A DNA stretch of 55,255 bases from the NCBI GenBank assembly GCA_016874915.1, contig VGSW01000002.1, positions 1 to 55,255 of the forward strand. Direction: 5' to 3'. Of this stretch, positions 27,269 to 35,727 are shown one piece after another. The notes beneath the pieces were generated by a model. The model saw only the letters and a program-made list of their open reading frames with translations. It had not been told where the DNA came from and ran no database searches. The number at the start of each line of letters is the position of its first letter. The first letter of the stretch is position 1. This DNA is from Deltaproteobacteria bacterium. Its GTDB lineage: Bacteria > Desulfobacterota > Desulfobaccia > Desulfobaccales > 0-14-0-80-60-11. The position numbers and the translations under genes were made by a program.

Positions 27269-28459
27269 TTAGAAAGGCTGATTCCTTAGGTCGTCCAGCA
27301 GCACGGAAAACAGGAAGCCGGCAAAAAAGGTTTGTACGCCAACAACCAGGAAAATAGTGCCAATCACCACCATACGGTATTCAAACAAAGGACCGAATGC
27401 AGCAATAATCCATTTGGTGCCGACATATCCCAAAACGAGAATACCGCAGGCAATTAATAACGCGCTCAATAACAAAGCATTCTCCAAGGTAAAATATTTG
27501 ACGAATTTATCCATGAGGGAGTAATGATTCTGTTGGGAGTGATGATATAGGGCGGAAATGATCCCCAAAACAAACACCTGATAGCCGATGATGAAGATGC
27601 CGCCGGCCAGGATCATCCAATGGTCCCCCAAGCGGAGGGCCCCCAGGGTGAACATGTGTTGGGCGGGGGTTAACAGCAGGACCAAGAAGATGAGCAAGCT
27701 GAAGGACATCATCGCCAGTGCGGGAATGAAAAACAGCCATAAGGGGCTGTGCCGCAAAATCAGCTTGAGGCCGCACCAACCGTCCCGCCAGGGTTTCAGA
27801 TAGGACCGGTGGCTTCGCCGGTCCGGGGACAGGGTAATGGGCACTTCCGTCCGTTTCAATTGCAAAAGGGAGGCCTTCACCACCATTTCACTGGCGAACT
27901 CCATCCCCGAGGAGTTCAGTTTCATGCGGTCGTACGCCTCCCGGGTGAAAGCCCGGAGTCCGCAATAGACGTCGCTCATCCCTGACCGAAACAAGAGGTT
28001 CACGATCTTGGTCAAGAGGGGATTGCCGATAAAGCGGTTTTTCCAGGGCATGGCGCCGGGCAGAATGGTCCCTTTATACCGGGACCCCATGCAAAGGTCG
28101 TAACCCTCCTGAAGTTTTTCCACCATGGACACGGATTGGGTGAAGTCATATGAGGCATCGGCATCGCCCATGACGATGTACCGGCCCCGGGCATGGTTGA
28201 TGCCGTAGATCAGGGCATTGCCGTATCCCCGGGAGGGGCAGTGCACCGCCCGACAGCCCGCCTGGCGGGCAATGTCCTGGCTGCCGTCGGTGCTGCCGTT
28301 GTCGACCACCACGATCTCTCCTGTCAGGTTTCGCTTCTTTAGCCCGGCAAGGGCTTGTTTGGCGGAAAGAATGGCGAAGGATATGGATTCCGCTTCGTTC
28401 AAACACGGCATGACGATGGAGACATCGGGTCTCATGCTGGATATCCGATCAAGAGCCAA
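27269..28459 (-). CDS. Glycosyltransferase family 2, polyprenyl-phosphate glycosyltransferase-like, with C-terminal TM domain
   Basis: 'VSIVMPCLNEAESI', 'VVVDNGSTDGS', 'GYGNAL', 'GDADASYD', and 4 C-terminal TM helices. Confidence 0.85.
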   Translation of the reverse strand: MALDRISSMRPDVSIVMPCLNEAESISFAILSAKQALAGLKKRNLTGEIVVVDNGSTDGSQDIARQAGCRAVHCPSRGYGNALIYGINHARGRYIVMGDADASYDFTQSVSMVEKLQEGYDLCMGSRYKGTILPGAMPWKNRFIGNPLLTKIVNLLFRSGMSDVYCGLRAFTREAYDRMKLNSSGMEFASEMVVKASLLQLKRTEVPITLSPDRRSHRSYLKPWRDGWCGLKLILRHSPLWLFFIPALAMMSFSLLIFLVLLLTPAQHMFTLGALRLGDHWMILAGGIFIIGYQVFVLGIISALYHHSQQNHYSLMDKFVKYFTLENALLLSALLIACGILVLGYVGTKWIIAAFGPLFEYRMVVIGTIFLVVGVQTFFAGFLFSVLLDDLRNQPF

Positions 28460-28489
28460 ATCACTTTTCCGGCGGGACCGGCGGCATCA

Positions 28490-29437
28490 TTACCTGGCGG
28501 CGCCCACCACTATCCGACCTTTCAAACCTTCCCGCAGGGACAGGTCAGTATTGGCCACGGTGAATTCCACTTCATAGTAGGAAGGTTGGTCCGGCGCGGC
28601 CGACAGGGGGGTCCAGGACAGGCGGCTGACCGCGGCGGCAAATTTGCGTTCCGGCAGGGTTTCCAGAGTTAAGTCCCCCCGGCTTCCCAAGGAGAGGTGG
28701 ACCGCTTCCATCTCGTGCACCTGGGCCCGGATGATCATGGGGTCCATGACCCCCACCTGGAAGACCGGCTCCATCGCTTTTAATTCCGCCCCTTCCCGCA
28801 GTTCCGGATGGAGCCAGATCACCTGTCCCCCCAGAGGAGCCTTCAGCACCCCTTCCACCGGGAGGCGGGAGGAGTTGACCGGAACCCCCAGTTGCTTGTT
28901 CAGGAGCGCCAGGTAATCCTGGTGAAGCTGCCGCTCGCCCTGAAGCCGGTCCTGCACTGCTTTTTGCTCCTGGGAGAGGTTCTGGAGCTCCCGTTCCACC
29001 TGGGCGAGGCTTTGCCGGGAAGCCAGGTTTTCCTGGGCCAATTTTTTTAAGGTTTTGACCTTGGACTCCAGCTCTCCCCGCTTCCTTTGCAGCCCCGCTT
29101 GCCGGGCCTCCAGTTCCTTGATATGGCTGGCCACCAGGCGCTGACGGATCTGCCAAACCGCTTCCGGGGTCAGCCGGTAGCGAGCCAGCACCTCCCCCTG
29201 GGCCACCCGTTGACCGGGTTGGACCGTGAGGCTGGTGATCAACGCCTGGAAAGGCAAAATCACCGGCTGTTTCAGGGAGCAGGCCAGCTTACCGGTTAAG
29301 GTAAACTGGATGCTTTTATTTTGGGGCCGGTCACTAGGGTTCGCCTGGGTCATTCCGTGGGTTGGCGCCAGCAGCAGACCCAGTAGAAGCCCGACGGCGG
29401 TGGCCCTCCGGCGGCTATTTTTGCCAGGAAAGTTCAT
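28490..29437 (-). CDS. HlyD/MacA/DevB-type periplasmic adaptor (membrane fusion protein)
   Basis: Long coiled-coil ('LEARQAGLQRKRGELESKVKTLKKLAQENLASRQSLAQVERELQNL') flanked by barrel and lipoyl-like segments. The start is moved to the ATG at 29437 (MNFPGKNSRRRATAVGLLLGLLLA, a signal-like sequence) to avoid a 150-nt overlap with the upstream gene. Confidence 0.75.
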   Translation of the reverse strand: MNFPGKNSRRRATAVGLLLGLLLAPTHGMTQANPSDRPQNKSIQFTLTGKLACSLKQPVILPFQALITSLTVQPGQRVAQGEVLARYRLTPEAVWQIRQRLVASHIKELEARQAGLQRKRGELESKVKTLKKLAQENLASRQSLAQVERELQNLSQEQKAVQDRLQGERQLHQDYLALLNKQLGVPVNSSRLPVEGVLKAPLGGQVIWLHPELREGAELKAMEPVFQVGVMDPMIIRAQVHEMEAVHLSLGSRGDLTLETLPERKFAAAVSRLSWTPLSAAPDQPSYYEVEFTVANTDLSLREGLKGRIVVGAAR

Positions 29438-30803
29438 CCACATAACGGGACACCAGTTCTCCGGATAGATGGCGGACAGCCAGTTGGGCCAAATCATGTT
29501 CCAGGGACTTGAGGGCCGCGTTCTTTTGGGCTTCCCACAGGCCCTTCTTCCCTTCCAGGAAAACACTGAAAGGCTCTCCGCCTTGGTAATAGCGGATCTC
29601 GCTTTGCCGGTCTTTCAACCGGGCCAGTTCCACCTGGGCCAGGGCGGCTTTATGGGCCGCGGCGGCGGTCTGTAGCTGCTCCAGGGCTTCCCGCCGTTTC
29701 TGGCTGAATTCCATCTCTTTTTCTTGGTACTCAGCCTCATATTGTCTCAAGACGATTTTTTGCCGGGAGACGTTCCGGACTCTTTTAAAACCATCCCATA
29801 CCGGGAACGTAAAACCCAGGGACACGAAGTAGCCGCTGGAATCCAGGTTGCTCAACGGGTCAGGATTTTGGACCCCCATGTACAGGGTGGGCAGGAGTTG
29901 GGCCTTGGCCAGCATGATATTGTAGGCTTGGAGTTCCTTTTTCAAGGTTTGCATTTTTAAGTCCAGAGAGCGCCCCTGGGCCTCCTCCATCCGCCCGGGA
30001 GAACCGTCCCCGGGCCCCAGGACCTGCGAACGGCTGGGCTTCAAAGAAAAATGGAGTTTATGGGCCGGGGGCAGGCCCAACCAGGATTTCACCGCCTCCC
30101 GGATCCGGCCCTGGGCGCCGGCCAGACGGTCCTTTTCCGCCCTGGCCACCTCCAGTTCCTGCCGGCTCAGGTTCACTTCCAGGGTGGTGCCCTCTCCCTG
30201 ACTCTGGCGCTGTTCCGTATAGACCAGATTTTTCCGGCCCAGCTCCAGGATTTCTTCCTGGCAGTCCGCTATCTTTTTCAGGGTGTCCAACTCCAGAAAA
30301 GAACGCCCCAGGCGGTGCAACCCCTCCGCAATAACCTTCATGTGGCTGAGAACCGCCACCCGGGTGATGAGTTTTTGGGCCTGCAAGGAAAAGTAGGCAG
30401 CTACCGGATTGTAATTTTCGGAAATAAAATCCAGGGCATACGTCCGGTTGCTCCGGCCAGATTGAGTGGGTTCATTGACAAAAAACCGGGTGCGCAGGGT
30501 TACGGAGGGCGCGAAATCGGAGAGCGCGTCCGTCTCATTTAACCGTCGGAGCTGAATTTCCAGGCCGCTTTTGATCAGGAAAGGGGATTGTTTGAGGGCC
30601 AGCCTGACGCCCTGGTCAAAATCCACCGTAGTCTCCCCCGGGATGGCGCCGCGCTCAGGGGGGTGATCGGTGGGGAAACCGGCCGATGGCGCTCCTATTA
30701 GCAAGACCCATATCGTCAGCAGGATCACCCCTGACCGGAGTAGGGGCGCGCCACCATTACGTAATCCAGAGATGCACATAAATGAGCCACAGAAATTATT
30801 CAA
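29415..30803 (-). CDS. TolC-family outer membrane efflux protein
   Basis: 462 aa with an N-terminal signal-like segment and two repeated helical/beta halves typical of OEP proteins. Its start overlaps the ABC ATPase stop (ATGA). Confidence 0.7.
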   Translation of the reverse strand: MNNFCGSFMCISGLRNGGAPLLRSGVILLTIWVLLIGAPSAGFPTDHPPERGAIPGETTVDFDQGVRLALKQSPFLIKSGLEIQLRRLNETDALSDFAPSVTLRTRFFVNEPTQSGRSNRTYALDFISENYNPVAAYFSLQAQKLITRVAVLSHMKVIAEGLHRLGRSFLELDTLKKIADCQEEILELGRKNLVYTEQRQSQGEGTTLEVNLSRQELEVARAEKDRLAGAQGRIREAVKSWLGLPPAHKLHFSLKPSRSQVLGPGDGSPGRMEEAQGRSLDLKMQTLKKELQAYNIMLAKAQLLPTLYMGVQNPDPLSNLDSSGYFVSLGFTFPVWDGFKRVRNVSRQKIVLRQYEAEYQEKEMEFSQKRREALEQLQTAAAAHKAALAQVELARLKDRQSEIRYYQGGEPFSVFLEGKKGLWEAQKNAALKSLEHDLAQLAVRHLSGELVSRYVDELSWQK

Positions 30804-31558
30804 CCGGTGGAGAACCGCCGCCCCGCCAAAGATGGTTCGATGGTGGACCGGGGATGTTCATAAAGGACGCCGTCTTTTAAAATGCAGATGCGGCGGCACC
30901 GGGAGGCGATCTCAGGGTCATGGGTAACCACGATGACTGCCTTTTCCCCGGCCGCGGCGATTTCCGCGAAGTAGTCCAGGATGAGGTGGCTGTTAGCCCG
31001 GTCCAGTTGACCGGTGGGCTCATCCGCCAGGATAATGCGGGGGCGGTTCACCAAGGCCCGGGCTACTGCCACCCGCTGCCGTTCGCCTCCCGACAGCCGG
31101 TTGGCCGGGTGGTGCACCCGGTGATCCAGGCTCACCTTCCCCAAGGCTTCCATAATGCGTTCTGGCCGCTCCCTCCGGGGAACCCCGGCGTAAATCAACG
31201 GGAACTCCAGGTTTTCATACACCAGAGAATTTTCCAACAGGTCCCCGTTCTGAAAGACGAACCCCAGGAGCTGGCGGCGATGCTCCGCCTGTTGGCGCCG
31301 GCCAAAAGAAAGGGTGTCTTCCCCGCCCAGGAGATAGGTTCCCTGGGTGGGTTTGAGGAGCAGGCCCAGGATATACAACAGGGTGGACTTGCCGGAACCC
31401 GAAGGTCCCATGACGGCCACCAAATGTCCCGGGGCCACCTGGAAGTTGAGATTGTCCAACACCGGCAGGCGTGCGTTGCCGAGGGTATACTCGTGGGTCA
31501 GCCCTCTCAATTCAATGAGATGATCCGCCGCCTGGTTCGAGGTTTCCCCGCGGTTCAT
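30800..31558 (-). CDS. ABC transporter ATP-binding protein (MacB/LolD/DevA type)
   Basis: Walker A 'GPSGSGKSTLL', signature 'LSGGERQRVAVARAL', Walker B 'ILADEPTGQLD'. Confidence 0.95.
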   Translation of the reverse strand: MNRGETSNQAADHLIELRGLTHEYTLGNARLPVLDNLNFQVAPGHLVAVMGPSGSGKSTLLYILGLLLKPTQGTYLLGGEDTLSFGRRQQAEHRRQLLGFVFQNGDLLENSLVYENLEFPLIYAGVPRRERPERIMEALGKVSLDHRVHHPANRLSGGERQRVAVARALVNRPRIILADEPTGQLDRANSHLILDYFAEIAAAGEKAVIVVTHDPEIASRCRRICILKDGVLYEHPRSTIEPSLAGRRFSTG

Positions 31559-31599
31559 TATTACTGCTCTCTGCCGTTGAATTAAGTGAGGCCTACGTT

Positions 31600-32865
31600 T
31601 TATCTAAAGACGGGCACGTTTTCTTTTTTCCGCCCGGGTTTCCGCATATCCTGGTCCCCGATCCGAATGCGGTGCTTAACCGCCAGGTTAGCCAGAACCT
31701 CCAAGACATGGTCCACCTGGGAATCCTGGTGAGTGCTCATATAGGCGGTGCGGATGACCGCCTTCCCCTTGGGGACCGCCGGGTAGATGGAAGGAAGGGC
31801 GAAAACCCCATGGTCGTAAAGGTCCTTGGAAAAAAGAACGGTTTTCATCTCCGAGCCGATGTGAATAGGAATAATATGGCTGGGCGCGTCGCTGTAAATC
31901 AGCCCGATTTCCTGGTAGCCCCTTTTAACCCGACGGGTAATTTCCCACAGGCGGTGAAGGCGCTCCGGCTCCCGCTCCAGAATATCCAGGCACGCCAACA
32001 CCGTGGCGGTGTTGCTGGCGGGCAGCGCCGCTGAAAAAATCAGGGGAGTGGAATGATGACGCAGGTACTCCAACGCTTCCGTGTCGTCACCGGCTATGAA
32101 ACCGCCGATGGAGGCCAGGGCCTTGCTGAAGGTGCCCATGATAAAATCCACGCGGTCCGTCAGGCCGAAATGGGCGGCGGTGCCCCTCCCGTTGGGGCCC
32201 AGGACTCCGAGACCATGGGCGTCATCCAGGTAAAATGATAGGTTGGGATAATGATCTTTCAACCGCATCAGGTCCGGCAGGGCCCCTATATCCCCTGACA
32301 TGCTGAAGACGCCTTCAGTAATCAAGAGGATGGTGGCGGAGTTTTGCCGGGGCAAAGCCGCGGTGAGCTTCTTTAAGGCCCCCTGGGCGTCGTTATGAGA
32401 GAAAGTTACCAGCCGGGCCTGGGAAGCCTTCCAACCCTGAAAGATGCTGGCATGACTCTCCCGGTCCACCAGCAAGATGTCGTTAGGGGTCAGCAGGCAA
32501 GGAATGGCCCCCAGGTTGGTGCTGAACCCGGTGACATGCACCACCGCTTTCTTCTTGCCCACAAATGCGGCCAGGCGCTCTTCCAGCTTTTCCAGCAGGG
32601 TAGTGTTGCCGCAAAGAAACCGGGAGCCTCCCGGACCGGTTCCCAAGCATCGCGAGGCTGCGGCCGCGGCTTCGTGCACCCGGGGGTCATGGCTGAGACC
32701 CAGATAGTCGTTGGACCCCACCATGACCAAGCGCCGGCCGTCCACCTCCACCTCGGTACCCCACGAACGGGAAATGGGCCGGAAGTAGGGGTATATTTCC
32801 TGGCTTCGGGCTCCCGCAATATACTCGAAAAATGCCTTACAACGGTTTTTGAGCATAGGAGTCAC
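31600..32865 (-). CDS. PLP-dependent alpha-oxoamine synthase (serine palmitoyltransferase/KBL/AONS family)
   Basis: 421 aa. 'SNDYLGLSHDPRV', 'HASIFQG', 'DDAHGLGVLG', and 'GTFSKALASIGGF' (PLP lysine). It is the first gene of the exporter operon. Confidence 0.85.
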   Translation of the reverse strand: MTPMLKNRCKAFFEYIAGARSQEIYPYFRPISRSWGTEVEVDGRRLVMVGSNDYLGLSHDPRVHEAAAAASRCLGTGPGGSRFLCGNTTLLEKLEERLAAFVGKKKAVVHVTGFSTNLGAIPCLLTPNDILLVDRESHASIFQGWKASQARLVTFSHNDAQGALKKLTAALPRQNSATILLITEGVFSMSGDIGALPDLMRLKDHYPNLSFYLDDAHGLGVLGPNGRGTAAHFGLTDRVDFIMGTFSKALASIGGFIAGDDTEALEYLRHHSTPLIFSAALPASNTATVLACLDILEREPERLHRLWEITRRVKRGYQEIGLIYSDAPSHIIPIHIGSEMKTVLFSKDLYDHGVFALPSIYPAVPKGKAVIRTAYMSTHQDSQVDHVLEVLANLAVKHRIRIGDQDMRKPGRKKENVPVFR

Positions 32866-33019
32866 AGAGGGTTGAGGGGAGGTCTTACGCCCGTCTTATT
32901 TCATCTTCCCCTTCAAGTTAAGCAGACTAACCTGTTAATATCGTTACTATTTTTAACAGAAAACGCTATTATATAACCTACCAAACTTTCCCAACCTCAG
33001 CCGGGAAGAAGGATGGGGG

Positions 33020-33778
33020 TCAATTAAAATGATAGGCTACTCCAAATATTATATCGTACAGATTATACTTGGTCCGCATCACCACATAACGCCATGATTG
33101 ATCAAATATGGTATCATCAACGTCAAGATGATTGGGGATATATCGGTATCGAAAGGCCATATTGAGGGAAACGTTCTTTCGAAGCATATAGCGTATGCCG
33201 CTTTCAATCCCAAGGCCAACATCAGCCTCCGTAGATTTAAATTCTCGCCCTATATTTAATTTTTGACTCGAGAAAAAAACAATCGGACCAATGCCTATGT
33301 AAGGTTGAATGCGGCCAAACGGGACTTCCGAGTCCTTGCGGAATCCATAACGCGCCATTAATAGGAATGTAAGGGTAACCGCCGAACCACTATTCTCAAG
33401 AACAAAATTACGACTTAACGGGTCGACCCTGACACTTTGGCTGGGCCAGCTCAAACTATGATAGCTAATATCGAGTTCAAAGCCAAAATACTTTAACCAT
33501 TTAGGCATGTTTAACCCGAAAACGCGTTCCCGGGTAAACCAATGTCCGATTTTACCCCCGACGATTAGTGCCGGGTCCATAGATATATCTCTGGCAGTAC
33601 GGTTGGCAATAATAACTCTACGGTGGTCAAATTTTTCGTGAAAATCGAATTCAGAGTCAAAATTACTGGAAAAATTGCCCCCGAAGTAGACGCCAAGATA
33701 TGTTTCGGACCGGGATGATGTTGGGGTAAGCACCAGACAGAACAGCATTGCCAGCAAAAATATTTTCCCATTCTTCAT
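33020..33778 (-). CDS. Outer-membrane beta-barrel protein (OmpA-beta/OmpW-like)
   Basis: The start is set at the ATG at 33778, giving the signal peptide MKNGKIFLLAMLFCLVLTPTSS with an AAGGTGG Shine-Dalgarno. Alternating beta-strand pattern; C-terminal 'FGVAYHFN'. GC is about 40%. Confidence 0.6.
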   Translation of the reverse strand: MKNGKIFLLAMLFCLVLTPTSSRSETYLGVYFGGNFSSNFDSEFDFHEKFDHRRVIIANRTARDISMDPALIVGGKIGHWFTRERVFGLNMPKWLKYFGFELDISYHSLSWPSQSVRVDPLSRNFVLENSGSAVTLTFLLMARYGFRKDSEVPFGRIQPYIGIGPIVFFSSQKLNIGREFKSTEADVGLGIESGIRYMLRKNVSLNMAFRYRYIPNHLDVDDTIFDQSWRYVVMRTKYNLYDIIFGVAYHFN

Positions 33779-34284
33779 GGCTGCACCACCTTTATCATGA
33801 TCAGAGATTATACCGCAACCTTGGCCGCTCCGGTCCCAAAATAGTTTTGAGGACCTCTTTTCCCGAGTTTGCTCCAAAGAGGTTTTCATCCTCTAGCCAA
33901 ATTGTCTTTTGGGGGCATGTTAGCACAAAATTAACTGAAAAAGGTTTTTTTCTAGTTTTGAGTATATAGGTACTTGATGACCGGACTCTTCTTTGCTCGA
34001 CAGCCTTCTTCGCATGGGGCTTAACCCGTTGGTGAATCCTCTTGTTGGCTTTCCCCACTGCAAGCATCTTGAAGGCCCTGGATTAAGCCAATTACTTCTT
34101 CATGTTGCAAATAATTAATCAAATTTCTAACTTATTTGCGGGATAACTCAGGTTAGTAGCCAACTACTATTAGCAGAATCCTCTTAAAAAAGCAACGCTT
34201 GAAAATGTTGTTAGCTGCTTCGAAATGTTTTTTGTAGGCTGGGCACGCTCGCCATAACTATTCGCAACTTTTTATGATTTACAG

Positions 34285-35703
34285 TTGACCCAAAAGCTCA
34301 TGAGCCACTGTTCTCAAAGTTCAAATCCACCAGCCCGAGTTCCTGAAAAACCCGATTTTTCGGAAACAACGGCAAACTTAGAAAAATGGTGCGAATCAGC
34401 TCCAAGGCAGCATGGGATTTTTTTACCGGCTCGGCCTCCACGGTTGGGAACCTCCCCGGGGTGTGCTATAATCCCGCCCATGAACCTTGCCGTTTCCCGG
34501 GGGCGCCTGTGGCAGAGGGTGGTGGCCAAACTTTTCCGGGGCATCGCCAGGCATCCCTGGATCGGCGTCAGAGTGGCCGCCTTGGAGGCGGAAAAATGGT
34601 TGTTCCCTATCCTCTGGCCCCGCCCCCAAGAGGGGTTCGGTCATAGTATCCGCCAGGTGAGCTTCCGCATCACCGACCTGTGCAACCTGCGCTGCCACAC
34701 CTGCGGCCAATGGGGGGACCAGGGGTTTTTGCGCGGCCGCGACCTCCGAGACCTCAAGAAAAACGAGGTGCCTCTTCTCAGATACCTGGAAGTGCTCACC
34801 GATTTGCGGCGGCAAGGCCACCGTCCCCTGGTGTACCTTTGGGGAGGCGAACCCATGTTATATGAAGGGGTGGTTGACCTGATGGAGACCGCCACCCGCC
34901 TGGGGATGCCGGTGTCGGTGGCCACCAACGGCACCATGGTTGCCTCCGTGGCCCCCCGTCTGGTGGAGGCGCCGCTTTTCCTGTTGCAGCTTTCCATTGA
35001 CGGCCACCACGCCGGGCTGCACAATCAACTGCGGCCTGGGGTGGGGGGAGTGGATAATTTCGCCCAGATCCAGGCCGGTCTGGCCGCGGTGCAGGAAGCC
35101 CGCCGCTCCCGGGGGAGCACCCTGCCCCTCATTGCCTCTCTCACTGTCATTTCCCGAGCCAACTTCCGGCATCTGGTGGATATCTATGACACCTTCCGGG
35201 AGCAGGTGGACCTGTTGGTGTTCTACCTGTCCTGGTGGATTGACCCAAAGAATGCCCAGGCCCACGCCGACGATTTCCAGCGCCGGTTCGGCTTTCTGCC
35301 CACCCGGCAGTGGGGCTGGGTGGGGGACTGGAAACCGGACGACTTTGGAGAGTTGTCCCGCCAGCTCCGCCTCTTGCAGGACCGGAGCCGCGCCTGGTCG
35401 GCGCCGCCGGTGATCGTCCTCCCCCCTCTCACGGCCAAGGCCGATCTTGAGACTTACTACACCCGGCACCAGGCGACCTTTGGCCTCCGCCGGTGCCTCT
35501 CTATCTTTCAGGTGGTGGAAGTCAACAGCAACGGCGATCTCTCCCCCTGCCGGGACTACCACGATTACGTGGTGGGCAACCTCAAAGAGCACACCATCTC
35601 GGAACTGTGGAATTCCCCGGCGTATCGGAAATTTCGCCGGAGCCTGGCCACCGCTGGCCTCATGCCGGTATGCTCCCGCTGCTGCGGCCTCATGGGGTAC
35701 TGA
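34285..35703 (+). CDS. Radical SAM/SPASM domain protein
   Basis: 'RITDLCNLRCHTCGQWG' (CxxxCxxC), 'WGGEPMLY', and C-terminal 'CLSIFQVVEVNSNGDLSPCRDY...MPVCSRCCGL'. The TTG start from the track is doubtful; the ATG at 34480 (MNLAVSRG) is more plausible. Confidence 0.8.
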   Translation: MTQKLMSHCSQSSNPPARVPEKPDFSETTANLEKWCESAPRQHGIFLPARPPRLGTSPGCAIIPPMNLAVSRGRLWQRVVAKLFRGIARHPWIGVRVAALEAEKWLFPILWPRPQEGFGHSIRQVSFRITDLCNLRCHTCGQWGDQGFLRGRDLRDLKKNEVPLLRYLEVLTDLRRQGHRPLVYLWGGEPMLYEGVVDLMETATRLGMPVSVATNGTMVASVAPRLVEAPLFLLQLSIDGHHAGLHNQLRPGVGGVDNFAQIQAGLAAVQEARRSRGSTLPLIASLTVISRANFRHLVDIYDTFREQVDLLVFYLSWWIDPKNAQAHADDFQRRFGFLPTRQWGWVGDWKPDDFGELSRQLRLLQDRSRAWSAPPVIVLPPLTAKADLETYYTRHQATFGLRRCLSIFQVVEVNSNGDLSPCRDYHDYVVGNLKEHTISELWNSPAYRKFRRSLATAGLMPVCSRCCGLMGY

Positions 35704-35727
35704 GGGATAGGGCCTGAGGGAAAAAAC

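Noticed and set aside
28490-29566. The full-length 358-aa version of the HlyD-like ORF
   Set aside because: The first 43 codons overlap the TolC-like gene by about 150 nt and look non-protein-like. The ATG at 29437 gives a signal-like N-terminus, so the shorter model was adopted.
33890-34284. A RiPP precursor peptide for the SPASM radical SAM enzyme (for example the 15-codon ORF MTGLFFARQPSSHGA)
   Set aside because: It has no Shine-Dalgarno, no Cys/Gly-rich core and no leader-like features, and conservation cannot be assessed. The locus context is lipid/glycan rather than peptide.
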